Source: Patescibacteria group bacterium
GTDB taxonomy: Bacteria; Patescibacteriota; Microgenomatia; UBA10105; UBA927
Reading direction: 5' to 3'
DNA length: 64,000 nucleotides
Assembly (NCBI GenBank): GCA_023379025.1
Contig: JAMCTH010000005.1
Location: forward strand, 20,663-84,662
Under the pieces are notes generated by a model. That model worked only from the letters and a program-made list of their open reading frames with translations. It was not told where the DNA came from and made no database searches. Shown here piece after piece: positions 28,665 through 37,572 of the stretch (its first letter is position 1; the number at the start of each line of letters is the position of its first letter). The position numbers and the translations under genes were made by a program.

Positions 28665-29477
28665 CTATTTTTTGCTGAGGCGCTCGTGGATGAGCTTGAG
28701 GGTCTGACTCGTCGATTCCAGGTTTCCGCGGATGACGAAGATGAGTCTCGCCTCAACTTTGGACTGCGTGATCTTCACGAGGCCGCCGATTGCCTGTGCG
28801 ATATCTTTAGAGATGTTGTCAAGCTCGTCACTGTGAATGCGCTCGACCTTATGGACCGGCGCTTTATCGTTTGCCGCTTTGAGCCTCCGCGCCAAATCCT
28901 CGGCCCGGCGCACCGATGCGTTTTCGGCCAAAATCGTCTTATATGCCTCAACCATGAGTTTCACTTCCCCGAGCCCCGCGATAGCCCGCGCATGCCCTTC
29001 GCTGATGGCTTCCGAAATAAGCCCGTCCTTGATCGCATCCGGAAGCGCGAGGAGTCGCATGGAATTGGATACATACGATTCGCTTTTGGAAACACGTTTG
29101 GCAATCTCGGAAACCGGCAGCCCGAAATCCTCGACAAGCCGCTGGAATGCCTGTGCGCGGTCTATGGGGTTTAGGTCCTCCCTCTGGACGTTTTCGACGA
29201 TGGCCATTTCAAGCATCCCGCGGGCGGTCGTCTCCCGGACGAGTACCGGTACGGTCGCAAGCCCCGCGAGCTTCGAAGCGCGCCACCGGCGCTCTCCTGC
29301 AATCAGTTGATACCCGGCCGGCGTTTTGGCTACCACGAGCGGTTCAAGCACGCCGTGTTCACGGATCGAGTTAACGAGTTCGCTGAGGGATTCCTGAGAT
29401 ATGAGTCCGCGCGGCTGCAGGGGATTGCTCTCGATGAGATTGATATCAAGCTGCAGGATTTGCTGTGTATCGGCCAT
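28665..29477 (-). CDS. parB: ParB/Spo0J-family chromosome partitioning protein (orphan, no parA nearby)
   Basis: ParB box GERRWRA, VRE..., an HTH region and a C-terminal dimerisation region. The start is taken at MADTQQIL, overlapping the rpmA stop; the ORF-track extension to 29660 overlaps rpmA. Confidence 0.75.
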   Translation of the reverse strand: MADTQQILQLDINLIESNPLQPRGLISQESLSELVNSIREHGVLEPLVVAKTPAGYQLIAGERRWRASKLAGLATVPVLVRETTARGMLEMAIVENVQREDLNPIDRAQAFQRLVEDFGLPVSEIAKRVSKSESYVSNSMRLLALPDAIKDGLISEAISEGHARAIAGLGEVKLMVEAYKTILAENASVRRAEDLARRLKAANDKAPVHKVERIHSDELDNISKDIAQAIGGLVKITQSKVEARLIFVIRGNLESTSQTLKLIHERLSKK

Positions 29478-29478
29478 A

Positions 29479-29736
29479 CTACCCATGGACCGGCAGGATG
29501 GAAACGAATTGCTGACCCCGTTTGACGGAAAAATGCACTTTCCCCTTTGCCGTCGCGTATATGGTGTGATCCTTGCCAAGGCCGACGCCGTCGCCCGGAT
29601 GGATTTTGGTGCCCCGCTGCCTGACGATGATGCCGCCGGGCGCGGCGTACTGCCCGCCATATACTTTGACGCCGAGCCGCTTGGATACGGAATCTTTATT
29701 GCCTTTCGCTACTCCGCCCGCTTTGATATGTGCCAT
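29479..29736 (-). CDS. rpmA: 50S ribosomal protein L27
   Basis: [16 protein letters not shown]...[10 protein letters not shown]; near-universal L27 sequence. Confidence 0.9.
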   Translation of the reverse strand: MAHIKAGGVAKGNKDSVSKRLGVKVYGGQYAAPGGIIVRQRGTKIHPGDGVGLGKDHTIYATAKGKVHFSVKRGQQFVSILPVHG

Positions 29737-29751
29737 AGTGAGATACGTTTC

Positions 29752-30906
29752 CTAGTGTCTTCGTACTATATAGAACTTACGCCGGACCACCGCCTGGGGC
29801 CGACTATATTCTATAGGACCGGTTACCACAGTATAACCAAGCATTTCACACTTGTCAATTACTTTTTTCACGGAAATCGTATGTGCTCCCAGCACATATT
29901 CCGGCAGTGCGATGAGTACGGTGCCGCCGGATTTGACCACAGTCTGCCAGTCGCGGAGGCAGCCGATATATAATTTTTCAAGGCCTTTTACGATATTTTT
30001 TATCCGTCCGGCGTCGTTCTCCACAGGCGCCCCCGTACGTCCGCCGAAAGAAGTCGGACCCATGTACGGTTCCGTCACGACGGCGTCGATACTTCGGGGG
30101 GGGATCCGTTCGGAAATATGCGTCGCATCGATACGGAAAAGGTGCCAGGGGCGCCTGACCGCCCCCGTCCTGCCGGCAATGTAGGCAAGGTTCTGTTCCG
30201 AAGCAGAGACCGCCTGATCCGACGTGTCACCTCCCCAGACATCCGCTCCGAGACTGTAGGCTTCAGTAAGTATCGTGCCCATTCCGCAAAAGGGGTCAAG
30301 CAGTGTTTTCCCTTGCGGGTTGGGGCCGAGCGCGATGTTGACGATCATCCGCGCGACTTTCGGCGGCAGCATACCGCTTTTGGGATCGGCAGACGGTCTG
30401 CCGTAATCCCGTGCACTCCATGCTTCAAACGGCTGGACTTCCAGAGTCCTGCCAAAAACCACCCCGGCATCAGAGGGGATAAGTAAAAAATCCAGCGCGT
30501 GCTGTTTGGCAATAGCTACACTCGAGAGAACGGACCCGTCATGCGGGAGAAGATACCGCACGTGCCGCCCTTCCCCGGCGAGTATCTCTTTGCATTTCCG
30601 GACCAGGTCCCGGGGATAGTGCGCATCATCGCCGTACCAACTGAGGCCAAAGGCATCATATCCTGCACTACCTGAGACAACAGACGAAAGTGTTTCCGGA
30701 TCCGGTAATTTTCCCTCATCCAACAATTCACCTATCTTTACCGTCCCTCCGAGACGCGCGATCCATTGCCGTGCTTTTTCCGGGGAACTTTCCCCCGGAA
30801 GGTATGCTACGCGTTCGTGGATCCGCTTGGATGCCGGGGAAAGAGCACATAATTCGAAGAAAGAAAGATCAGGGGTTCTCCCGAAAACAAACAGCAGGCC
30901 TTTCAT
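29752..30906 (-). CDS. THUMP-domain RNA (guanine-N2/adenine-N6-type) methyltransferase
   Basis: An N-terminal THUMP-like region plus a SAM methyltransferase core with LLDPFCGMGTIL (motif I) and VVTEPYMG (motif IV, DPPY-like). It lies between rplU and rpmA, where ysxB is usually found. Confidence 0.65.
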   Translation of the reverse strand: MKGLLFVFGRTPDLSFFELCALSPASKRIHERVAYLPGESSPEKARQWIARLGGTVKIGELLDEGKLPDPETLSSVVSGSAGYDAFGLSWYGDDAHYPRDLVRKCKEILAGEGRHVRYLLPHDGSVLSSVAIAKQHALDFLLIPSDAGVVFGRTLEVQPFEAWSARDYGRPSADPKSGMLPPKVARMIVNIALGPNPQGKTLLDPFCGMGTILTEAYSLGADVWGGDTSDQAVSASEQNLAYIAGRTGAVRRPWHLFRIDATHISERIPPRSIDAVVTEPYMGPTSFGGRTGAPVENDAGRIKNIVKGLEKLYIGCLRDWQTVVKSGGTVLIALPEYVLGAHTISVKKVIDKCEMLGYTVVTGPIEYSRPQAVVRRKFYIVRRH

Positions 30907-31214
30907 GCACCTTCTATGGAGACGATTTCCAGTTTAGTGAGCATCGGGCGGAATCCGATGGATGACCGTTCCCGCACTTTCGATTTAAACCGCCGGACGT
31001 GAATTTTCTCTCCCTTGTATTGGGAGACGATTTTGGCAGTTACCGTGGCCCCCTTCACGTTCGGCGTGCCGACCTTTATTTTGCCGTCGCCCGTCAGAAG
31101 CACCTCCTCGATCTTTATCGTATCTCCCGCGTTTCCTACGACACGGTCGACCTCTATGACCTCTCCGGGAGAGACTTTATATTGCTTGGAACCGACAGAA
31201 ATCACGGCAAACAT
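30903..31214 (-). CDS. rplU: 50S ribosomal protein L21
   Basis: MFAVISVGSKQYKVSPGEVIEVD...; the start is taken at the internal ATG, although the ORF track begins 18 nt upstream. Confidence 0.85.
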   Translation of the reverse strand: MFAVISVGSKQYKVSPGEVIEVDRVVGNAGDTIKIEEVLLTGDGKIKVGTPNVKGATVTAKIVSQYKGEKIHVRRFKSKVRERSSIGFRPMLTKLEIVSIEGA

Positions 31215-31235
31215 AGCGTGGTATTGTACCAAACA

Positions 31236-32321
31236 CTACCGGGCAATTGCAATGCCGGTTCCCCGCCGTTCACTCCGCCTGAGGGACCAGAGCATCCCGA
31301 AGGAGACCGCAATGGACAAAATAGAGCTCCCTCCGTAGGATACGAGCGGCAGCGTGATACCGGTAATCGGGATGATGCCCATGTTCATACCGGCGTTGAT
31401 AAAAATCTGCGTCAGAAGCATCATAAAGAGTCCTATGGAGTAGACAAAAGGCGTGAGATGGTCAACAACGCCCCGAAGAAGCGGTGAGATCGTCCGCCAG
31501 AGGAGTACCGCATACCCCAGGAGGAGGAGTATCCCTCCGAAAAAACCGAACTCTTCCACCAGTGAGGCGAAAATGAAATCCGTATGGTATTCGGGCAGAA
31601 ACCGGAGGTGGCTTTGCGTCCCGCGCCCCAACCCCCTGCCAAAGAGCTGCCCGCTTCCGACGGCAATCATCGCCTGAAGCGCGTTGTATCCCGCGCCTTT
31701 GGGATCAAGTCCGGGATCCAGGAACGTGAGGATCCGGGCGCGCTGATACGGGTGGAGAGCCTCCCACCCAACGGGAAGGAGGATGCTTCCGAGTACCGCG
31801 CTTGCGATACATACGCCGATCGGAAATCCGGCCGCAATCATCATGCCCATCCAGGAAGACGCAAACACGAGAGCGCTCCCGAGATCCGGCTGTTTAAAGA
31901 TAAGAATGAACGGAATGGCAAACAGGATGGTGTGCATCGCGGCGTGGGGGAGATTCCGCGGCGGATAGCGGGCAAATAGCCACGAAAAAGCCAGAAGTAT
32001 GAGCGGCTTGGCGAGCTCGGAAGGCTGGAGCTGAATACCTCCGATCATGATCCATCGCGTTGCCCCGCGGATCGTCGGTCCGAGATACGCTGCCAGAAGG
32101 AGGAGAAGCGACAAGACATACCCGTACGGCGCAAACCACAGGAGTATGACGGCATCAACCTGTGCCAGGACGATCATGAGGAAAAATCCCATGACCAGGT
32201 AGAGGGCCTGCTGGGTAAAAAGACCGTGACTCACCGACAGAAGGAGAAATAATCCGAATAACCCGAGGCAGGAGATGGTCAAGAGATCTATCCAGTCGAC
32301 AGCGCGAGCGAGTCTCCCCAT
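31236..32321 (-). CDS. rodA: SEDS-family peptidoglycan glycosyltransferase (RodA-like)
   Basis: Ten-TM FtsW/RodA/SpoVE pattern with the conserved LQPSELAKP, FIFASLVEEFG and PLVSYGGSS motifs; overlaps the ileS 3' end by about 34 nt. Confidence 0.75.
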   Translation of the reverse strand: MGRLARAVDWIDLLTISCLGLFGLFLLLSVSHGLFTQQALYLVMGFFLMIVLAQVDAVILLWFAPYGYVLSLLLLLAAYLGPTIRGATRWIMIGGIQLQPSELAKPLILLAFSWLFARYPPRNLPHAAMHTILFAIPFILIFKQPDLGSALVFASSWMGMMIAAGFPIGVCIASAVLGSILLPVGWEALHPYQRARILTFLDPGLDPKGAGYNALQAMIAVGSGQLFGRGLGRGTQSHLRFLPEYHTDFIFASLVEEFGFFGGILLLLGYAVLLWRTISPLLRGVVDHLTPFVYSIGLFMMLLTQIFINAGMNMGIIPITGITLPLVSYGGSSILSIAVSFGMLWSLRRSERRGTGIAIAR

Positions 32322-35278
32322 ATGATCGTGTCTGCAAGCGTTTCCCGCTTGAGTACTTCAAGATTTTTACTGCCGAGATCCTTATACGTTTCCGGTACCT
32401 CCAGACGAATGCGTTCATCTATTTTACACCCTTTGTCCTTACGCAGTTTCTGTATTTCGCGGACAAGATCCCGGGTTTTCCCGGCCTCAATATCCTGATT
32501 GCCGACATCCGTTTGGCCGCCGGCCGAATAAACTTCTGTCGCTTCATTGTTTGCTCCTTCATACTCCAATATATTCACGTTGGCTTCTGCCGACACGACA
32601 CGGAGTATTTCCGGGTGTACCTGACGCGGCCCCCGATACCCGAGCCGGAGAAACGGCACCCGCACTTTCACGTTGGCTTGTTTGCGGAAAGCCAAAAGTG
32701 CGGATGTCACCTGTCTTCCGTCAGACATGGCGTGTTCAAGCGCTGTATCGACGAGGCCGGTATCTGCCTCCGGCCAATCCGAAAGATGGACCGAGATCTT
32801 CCCGGTAAGGTTCCGGTATATTTCATCGGACACAAACGGCACAAACGGTGCAAGAAGCGCCGTCAGTGTCGTCAACACCTCATACAGGGTCGTATAACAG
32901 GCCGCTTTATCCTCTGCGTCGGATGCAGCCGGTCCCACACGGTCACGGCTCCGGCGGACGTACCACTGTGACAGATCCGTCACGAATGCTTCTACCGCGC
33001 CTGCTGCGGTTGCCGCGTCAAAGCGTTCAAGAGAGGCTGTGACGACAGCTATCAGCCCGTTGAGTTTACTCACTATCCACCGGTCCAGAACATTGGCTGA
33101 TGGCGTTTTCGTCCCCGGATGCCACCCGTCCACCAGCGCATACGTCACGAAAAAATTGTAGACGTTCCAGAGAAGGAGATGAAACTGCCGGCGGGTCTCG
33201 TCCGCATTGCGGTAGCCGAAGAGGATATTCTGATCGGGATTGTGTCTCGCGAACATCCAGCGCATGACGTCAACGCCTATTTTGTCCGCCCCTTCCCCGA
33301 ACTCGATTGCATTCCCCCAGGATTTATGCATGGGCCGGCCGTCCTCCCCGAGCATGCTCGCATAGCCGAGGACCGTCCGGAAGCACGTCCGTTTTTCAAG
33401 CACCGTCGACATGGCAATCATCGAGTAAAACCAGTTCTTGAACTGGCCCGGGAACGACTCGGTGATAAAATCCGCAGGATACCACGATTTCCAGTAGGTT
33501 TTATCGCCGGTATAGCTGAGCGTACCGGTCGCCGGATCGACAAGCGTCGAAAACCCGACGATACCCGCATCAAGCCACACGTTGCCGACATCGGGAAGCC
33601 GTGACACAGGCTTGCCGCACTGCCCGCAGGCAATTTTGACGTCATCGATGTATGGCTTATGGGGCGAGTGGCCGTCAAATGATTTCCAACCGGCTATGGC
33701 TTTTTCCCTGAGTTCCTCGCGGCTCCCGATAACGGTAAACCATCCGCAGGACGCGCACTCGTAGATCGGGAGCGCAAGCCCCCAATAGCGGTTGGGCTTA
33801 CTGATGAGCCAGTCATGCATATTCGTGAGCCAGTCCAGTTCCCGGTCAAGTCCGAATGCCGGTTTCCAGGTGATTTGCTTTGCCGTTTCGATCATCTGCT
33901 GGCGCAGGGTTTTCCCTTTTCCTTTTTGATCACTCCTTTTGGACTTCTCCGGCTGGTCCATACTGATATACCATTCATCCGTCACTTTCCAGACAAGCTC
34001 GGTTTTACATCGCCAGCACGCCGGATACCGATGAAGATAGTTCTCCACCTTATACATCGTCAGGTGATCGGCCGTACTCCGGGATAGCAGATAGTCAAGG
34101 ACGATCTCCGGGTGTTTTTTGGCGTTCTTGCCGGTCAGAAACCCGAGCCCGTCAAGATAGGTCGCTTCATCATCGATAACCGGTATCATGGGAAGCCCGT
34201 ACTTTTTTCCGAGCCGGAAATCCTCGGCTCCGGCGGAAACGGCGGTATGGACGAGTCCCGTGCCTTCTTCCGTGGAGACCGGCAGTATGAGCGGGTCGGT
34301 CATCACGACCTTATGGAACCGATCGGCGTGGGCTTTTGCTACGGCGGCAACAGCAGGAAGAGCATCAAAGGGAGCAGTATAGGTAAGTCCGTCAAGTTCT
34401 TTCCCCTTTACGGTTTTCTGAATTTTCGCGCCGGTTCCGAATACCGCGGGAACCCGCTCCCTGACGATCCAAAACGAATCGCCGTTCTCATCCGTCACAA
34501 GGGCGTAATCAAGCGATGCATCCGCCGCGACGGCTATGTTTGCCGGTATGGTCCAGGGTGTGGTCGTCCAGATCAACAGATACTCCCGGGAACGGCCGGT
34601 GATGGGAAGCGGCAGGTACACCGATTTGTGGCTCACCTCCTTATAGTCCTCCGTCAGCATCTCGTGCTGGGATATCGCCGTCTGACACCTCGGACACCAC
34701 GGCACGGAGTCTTTGCCTTTGTAGATCCAGCCCTTCTCATGACACACCTTCAGGAAGTACCAGATCATGTAGTTGTTTTCGTCCGACATCGTATAGTACG
34801 AGTGGTCCCAGTCGACAATATACCCGAGACGCTTACTTTGCTCCGACTGGATTGAACTGTACTTTTGCACACGCTCCTTGCATAAGTCCACGAATTTCGC
34901 AATTGAGGCTTTCGGGTCCCCGGGTACGAGGTTTTCGATGTCCCGTTTGTTTTTTATCCCCAACTCCTTCTCAACTTCTACTTCCACCCAGAGCCCCTGG
35001 CAGTCAAATCCGTTCTGAAACCGCTCCTTATACCCGCGGAGTGCAAAAAACCGCTGCCAGAGGTCCTTGTAGGTCCTGCCCCATGCATGGTGGACTCCCA
35101 TAGGATTATTGGCGGTGATGGGACCGTCCAGGAACGAAAACCGTTTATCTGACTGGTCATTTCGGTGAAGATATGCCGCCACGATGCCGTCCCTGTACCA
35201 ACGGGCCAGCGTGTCCTTCTCCATTTCCGGAAAGTTTATCTCTGTCCGGACCGGTTTGAACGTATGGGATATGGTCAT
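32288..35278 (-). CDS. ileS: Isoleucyl-tRNA synthetase, type 2 (long form)
   Basis: 996 aa, collinear with long-form IleS (GPITANN..., GFDCQGLWVEVEVEKELG, WCPRCQTAISQHE, editing and anticodon-binding regions). The HIGH and KMSKS signatures are divergent (MGVHHA; PMHKS). Confidence 0.8.
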   Translation of the reverse strand: MTISHTFKPVRTEINFPEMEKDTLARWYRDGIVAAYLHRNDQSDKRFSFLDGPITANNPMGVHHAWGRTYKDLWQRFFALRGYKERFQNGFDCQGLWVEVEVEKELGIKNKRDIENLVPGDPKASIAKFVDLCKERVQKYSSIQSEQSKRLGYIVDWDHSYYTMSDENNYMIWYFLKVCHEKGWIYKGKDSVPWCPRCQTAISQHEMLTEDYKEVSHKSVYLPLPITGRSREYLLIWTTTPWTIPANIAVAADASLDYALVTDENGDSFWIVRERVPAVFGTGAKIQKTVKGKELDGLTYTAPFDALPAVAAVAKAHADRFHKVVMTDPLILPVSTEEGTGLVHTAVSAGAEDFRLGKKYGLPMIPVIDDEATYLDGLGFLTGKNAKKHPEIVLDYLLSRSTADHLTMYKVENYLHRYPACWRCKTELVWKVTDEWYISMDQPEKSKRSDQKGKGKTLRQQMIETAKQITWKPAFGLDRELDWLTNMHDWLISKPNRYWGLALPIYECASCGWFTVIGSREELREKAIAGWKSFDGHSPHKPYIDDVKIACGQCGKPVSRLPDVGNVWLDAGIVGFSTLVDPATGTLSYTGDKTYWKSWYPADFITESFPGQFKNWFYSMIAMSTVLEKRTCFRTVLGYASMLGEDGRPMHKSWGNAIEFGEGADKIGVDVMRWMFARHNPDQNILFGYRNADETRRQFHLLLWNVYNFFVTYALVDGWHPGTKTPSANVLDRWIVSKLNGLIAVVTASLERFDAATAAGAVEAFVTDLSQWYVRRSRDRVGPAASDAEDKAACYTTLYEVLTTLTALLAPFVPFVSDEIYRNLTGKISVHLSDWPEADTGLVDTALEHAMSDGRQVTSALLAFRKQANVKVRVPFLRLGYRGPRQVHPEILRVVSAEANVNILEYEGANNEATEVYSAGGQTDVGNQDIEAGKTRDLVREIQKLRKDKGCKIDERIRLEVPETYKDLGSKNLEVLKRETLADTIIWGDSLALSTG

Positions 35279-35279
35279 A

Positions 35280-35540
35280 AAAAACCCGCTCTCCTTCCAT
35301 TATATAAGGCCGAGCGGCATGCCGGGGTACCACCTTATTTTGGAGCTTCGCGATTTCGAAACTCGTTTTTGCGAACTAACGAATAACGAACTAACGCATG
35401 TGCTCCCTTCATTCCAGCTGTTACGGGCATACCCGGGATGGTCTACTACGGCCGCAAAACCGGTTCTTCATCCGGCGCCGACTCGCGCAGTAGCGCATAG
35501 TCCGTCCCCCATGGATAGTGGAAGCACGCGCCGTTATCTA
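35280..35540 (-). promoter_or_regulatory. T-box-like leader RNA upstream of ileS (probably acting by SD sequestration)
   Basis: The minus-strand leader contains AAAUAAGGUGGUACCCCGGC (T-box consensus AAnnnGGGUGGnACCGCGG, with the UGGU bulge able to pair with tRNA ACCA). A downstream hairpin CCGCUC...GAGCGG encloses the GGAAGGAG SD and ends in UUUUU at the AUG. The leader is about 260 nt. Confidence 0.55.
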
Positions 35541-35545
35541 TTGCC

Positions 35546-35574
35546 AGTATACCAAATAGCCGCCGGGAGAACAA
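35546..35574 (-). promoter_or_regulatory. Sigma70-like promoter for the ileS leader
   Basis: On the minus strand: TTGTTC, 17 nt, TATACT; the predicted transcription start is near 35540. Confidence 0.4.
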
Positions 35575-35579
35575 ATTGT

Positions 35580-35595
35580 GATATAGATCACATCC
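35580..35595. promoter_or_regulatory. CRP/FNR-family-type palindrome TGTGAtatagaTCACA
   Basis: An exact TGTGA-N6-TCACA core with A/T flanks. It lies just upstream of the ileS-leader -35, centred about -43, and 45 bp upstream of the divergent ABC-exporter ATG. Confidence 0.3.
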
Positions 35596-35639
35596 CATTT
35601 GTTGTGCGTACCGGAAAGACCTGAGATAATACGGCTGAT

Positions 35640-37451
35640 ATGAAACCGATTTTTCGTATCATCTCATTTACGCGGCGCTTTGCACTCTGGTATATCGGTA
35701 TGGGGCTTTTCGTCCTTTCGGTATCGGCGCTTTCGCTGGTCGGGCCGTTTCTGTCCAAAAGCATCGTCGACCTCATCGTCGCAAAACTTACGGGGCACCC
35801 GGGAAATATCTCCATGTTTTTGGTTTTTTTGGGTGGCATCATAGCCACGGATATCGCGATTACACTCTTTACCGCTCTCGGCCAATGGGCCGGAGATCTT
35901 TTGACCATCCGGCTTCAGACGTTTCTCTCCAAAGCGTTTTACGAGCACGTCCTTTCCCTCCATATCGGCTATTTCGACAATGAAATTACCGGACAGATCG
36001 TGAACAAAATGTACCGCGGCATTACCTCCATTACGGAGTTTATGCAGAATATGCTTAATAATTTCCTCCCCTTCTTTTTTACGGCCTTTATCACCATTGT
36101 GGTCCTCTCGTTCTATTCGCCGGTCATCAGTATCCTCCTTTTTATCCTCTTCCCGGCATATATCCTCATATCCCACGGATCAAGCAAAGCATGGATGGGC
36201 ATAGAAGACCGGAAAAACACGCTCGTTGACCAGAGCCAGGGACGGGTGTTTGAAAGTTTCGTCGGCATCCGCGTCGTCAAATCCTTTGCGGCAGAACTCG
36301 GAGAACTGGCCTCGTTCCTGAAAACCCGGCGTGAGGTTGAGGATCTCACGAAAACGCAGACACGGCAGTGGCACCTCTATGATTTCGGCAGGAGACTCGT
36401 CCTTAACATCATCCTGTTTGCGATTTTCAGCTATATCGTCTACTGGACCTATCACGGACGGTATACATTGGGAGATATGACGCTCCTTCTCCAGCTCGTC
36501 CAACAGGCGCGGTTCCCTTTGTTTGCCATGTCATTTATCCTTGGCCAGATACAGGAAGCAAGCGCCGGATCTGCCGATTATTTCCGGGTGCTGGAAACCT
36601 CGTCCCGTATTACCGACCGCCCGGGCTCCGGAAAACTGGTCATCCCGTCTCCGGCGCGGATACCGGAGTTTATTTCGTTTGACCGCGTGTCGTTTGCGTA
36701 CGACGCCGTCCGAAACGTCCTCAGCGATATATCCTTTACCGTCCGGCGGGGCGAGCGGTTTGCACTGGTCGGCGAAAGCGGACAGGGAAAATCCACACTC
36801 GTCAATCTCCTGCTTCGCTATTACGAACCGCAAAAAGGCACGATCCGTATTGCCGGACAGGATATCCTGACGGTCAGCCAGGAATCGCTCCATCGCGAGA
36901 TTGCCGTCGTCTTCCAGGAGTCGCTCCTTTTTTCCGGCACGATCATGGACAATATCCGCTATGGAAATCCTGCCGCATCGGATAGCGATGTCAGACGTGC
37001 GGCGCGCGCCGCCAATGCGGACGGCTTCATTACCGAACTTACCGACGGATATAAAAGCCTCATAGGGGAACGCGGGGTGCGGCTCAGCGGCGGGCAGAAA
37101 CAGCGCATCGCCATAGCCCGTGCGATCCTCAAAAACGCGCCGATCATCATTCTCGATGAAGCGACGAGCTCGCTCGACAGTAAGGCGGAACTCGAAGTGC
37201 AGAAGGGTCTTGCGGCACTTCTCAAAGGGCGGACAGCAATGATCATCGCACACAGACTCTCGACCATCGCCAATGCCGACCATATCCTGGTCCTCGAACA
37301 CGGGAAAGTGGCGCAGTACGGGAACCATCGGGAGCTTGTCCGGGACAAAAAGGGTCTCTACGCGCAGCTCGTTTCCCTCCAGCAAACCCTCATGGCCGCC
37401 CCGACGGAAGAACGCCAAAAACAGCTTGCGGCGTTTGATTTGGTGGGATAA
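35640..37451 (+). CDS. ABC exporter, fused permease and ATPase (MsbA/type I exporter-like)
   Basis: Six-TM N-terminal domain; Walker A GESGQGKST, signature LSGGQKQRIAIARA, Walker B IIILDEATSSLD and an H-loop AHRLST. Confidence 0.85.
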   Translation: MKPIFRIISFTRRFALWYIGMGLFVLSVSALSLVGPFLSKSIVDLIVAKLTGHPGNISMFLVFLGGIIATDIAITLFTALGQWAGDLLTIRLQTFLSKAFYEHVLSLHIGYFDNEITGQIVNKMYRGITSITEFMQNMLNNFLPFFFTAFITIVVLSFYSPVISILLFILFPAYILISHGSSKAWMGIEDRKNTLVDQSQGRVFESFVGIRVVKSFAAELGELASFLKTRREVEDLTKTQTRQWHLYDFGRRLVLNIILFAIFSYIVYWTYHGRYTLGDMTLLLQLVQQARFPLFAMSFILGQIQEASAGSADYFRVLETSSRITDRPGSGKLVIPSPARIPEFISFDRVSFAYDAVRNVLSDISFTVRRGERFALVGESGQGKSTLVNLLLRYYEPQKGTIRIAGQDILTVSQESLHREIAVVFQESLLFSGTIMDNIRYGNPAASDSDVRRAARAANADGFITELTDGYKSLIGERGVRLSGGQKQRIAIARAILKNAPIIILDEATSSLDSKAELEVQKGLAALLKGRTAMIIAHRLSTIANADHILVLEHGKVAQYGNHRELVRDKKGLYAQLVSLQQTLMAAPTEERQKQLAAFDLVG

Positions 37452-37489
37452 TGAGGCAACTCTGCTTCAGTAAAAGCGCCCATTCATGA

Positions 37490-37523
37490 TTCAACCCGTC
37501 GGGTTGAATAGGTTTAAACCTAT
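37490..37523. repeat. Copy A of a ~30-bp two-hairpin element (CAACCCGTCGGGTTGAATAGGTTTAAACCT), candidate bidirectional terminator / island boundary
   Basis: AACCCgtcGGGTT hairpin plus the perfect 18-bp palindrome AATAGGTTTAAACCTATT; it is located between the convergent ABC exporter and ORF 37573..38052. Confidence 0.6.
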
Positions 37524-37572
37524 TGGACGCCAACCACTAGCGAGGTACTCAACACTCCTCAATAGCTGCCCT

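Noticed and set aside
35580-35640. Plus-strand promoter for the ABC exporter (TTGTGC-17-GATAAT with upstream TG)
   Set aside because: Plausible but weak; the predicted start would leave no room for a Shine-Dalgarno. It is not asserted as a feature.
37487-37524. Possibility that the 30-bp repeat is a tRNA 3' fragment (AGGTTCAAACCT resembles a T-loop)
   Set aside because: No acceptor-stem complement or full T-arm could be built from any copy; it is kept as a hairpin repeat, not a tRNA fragment.
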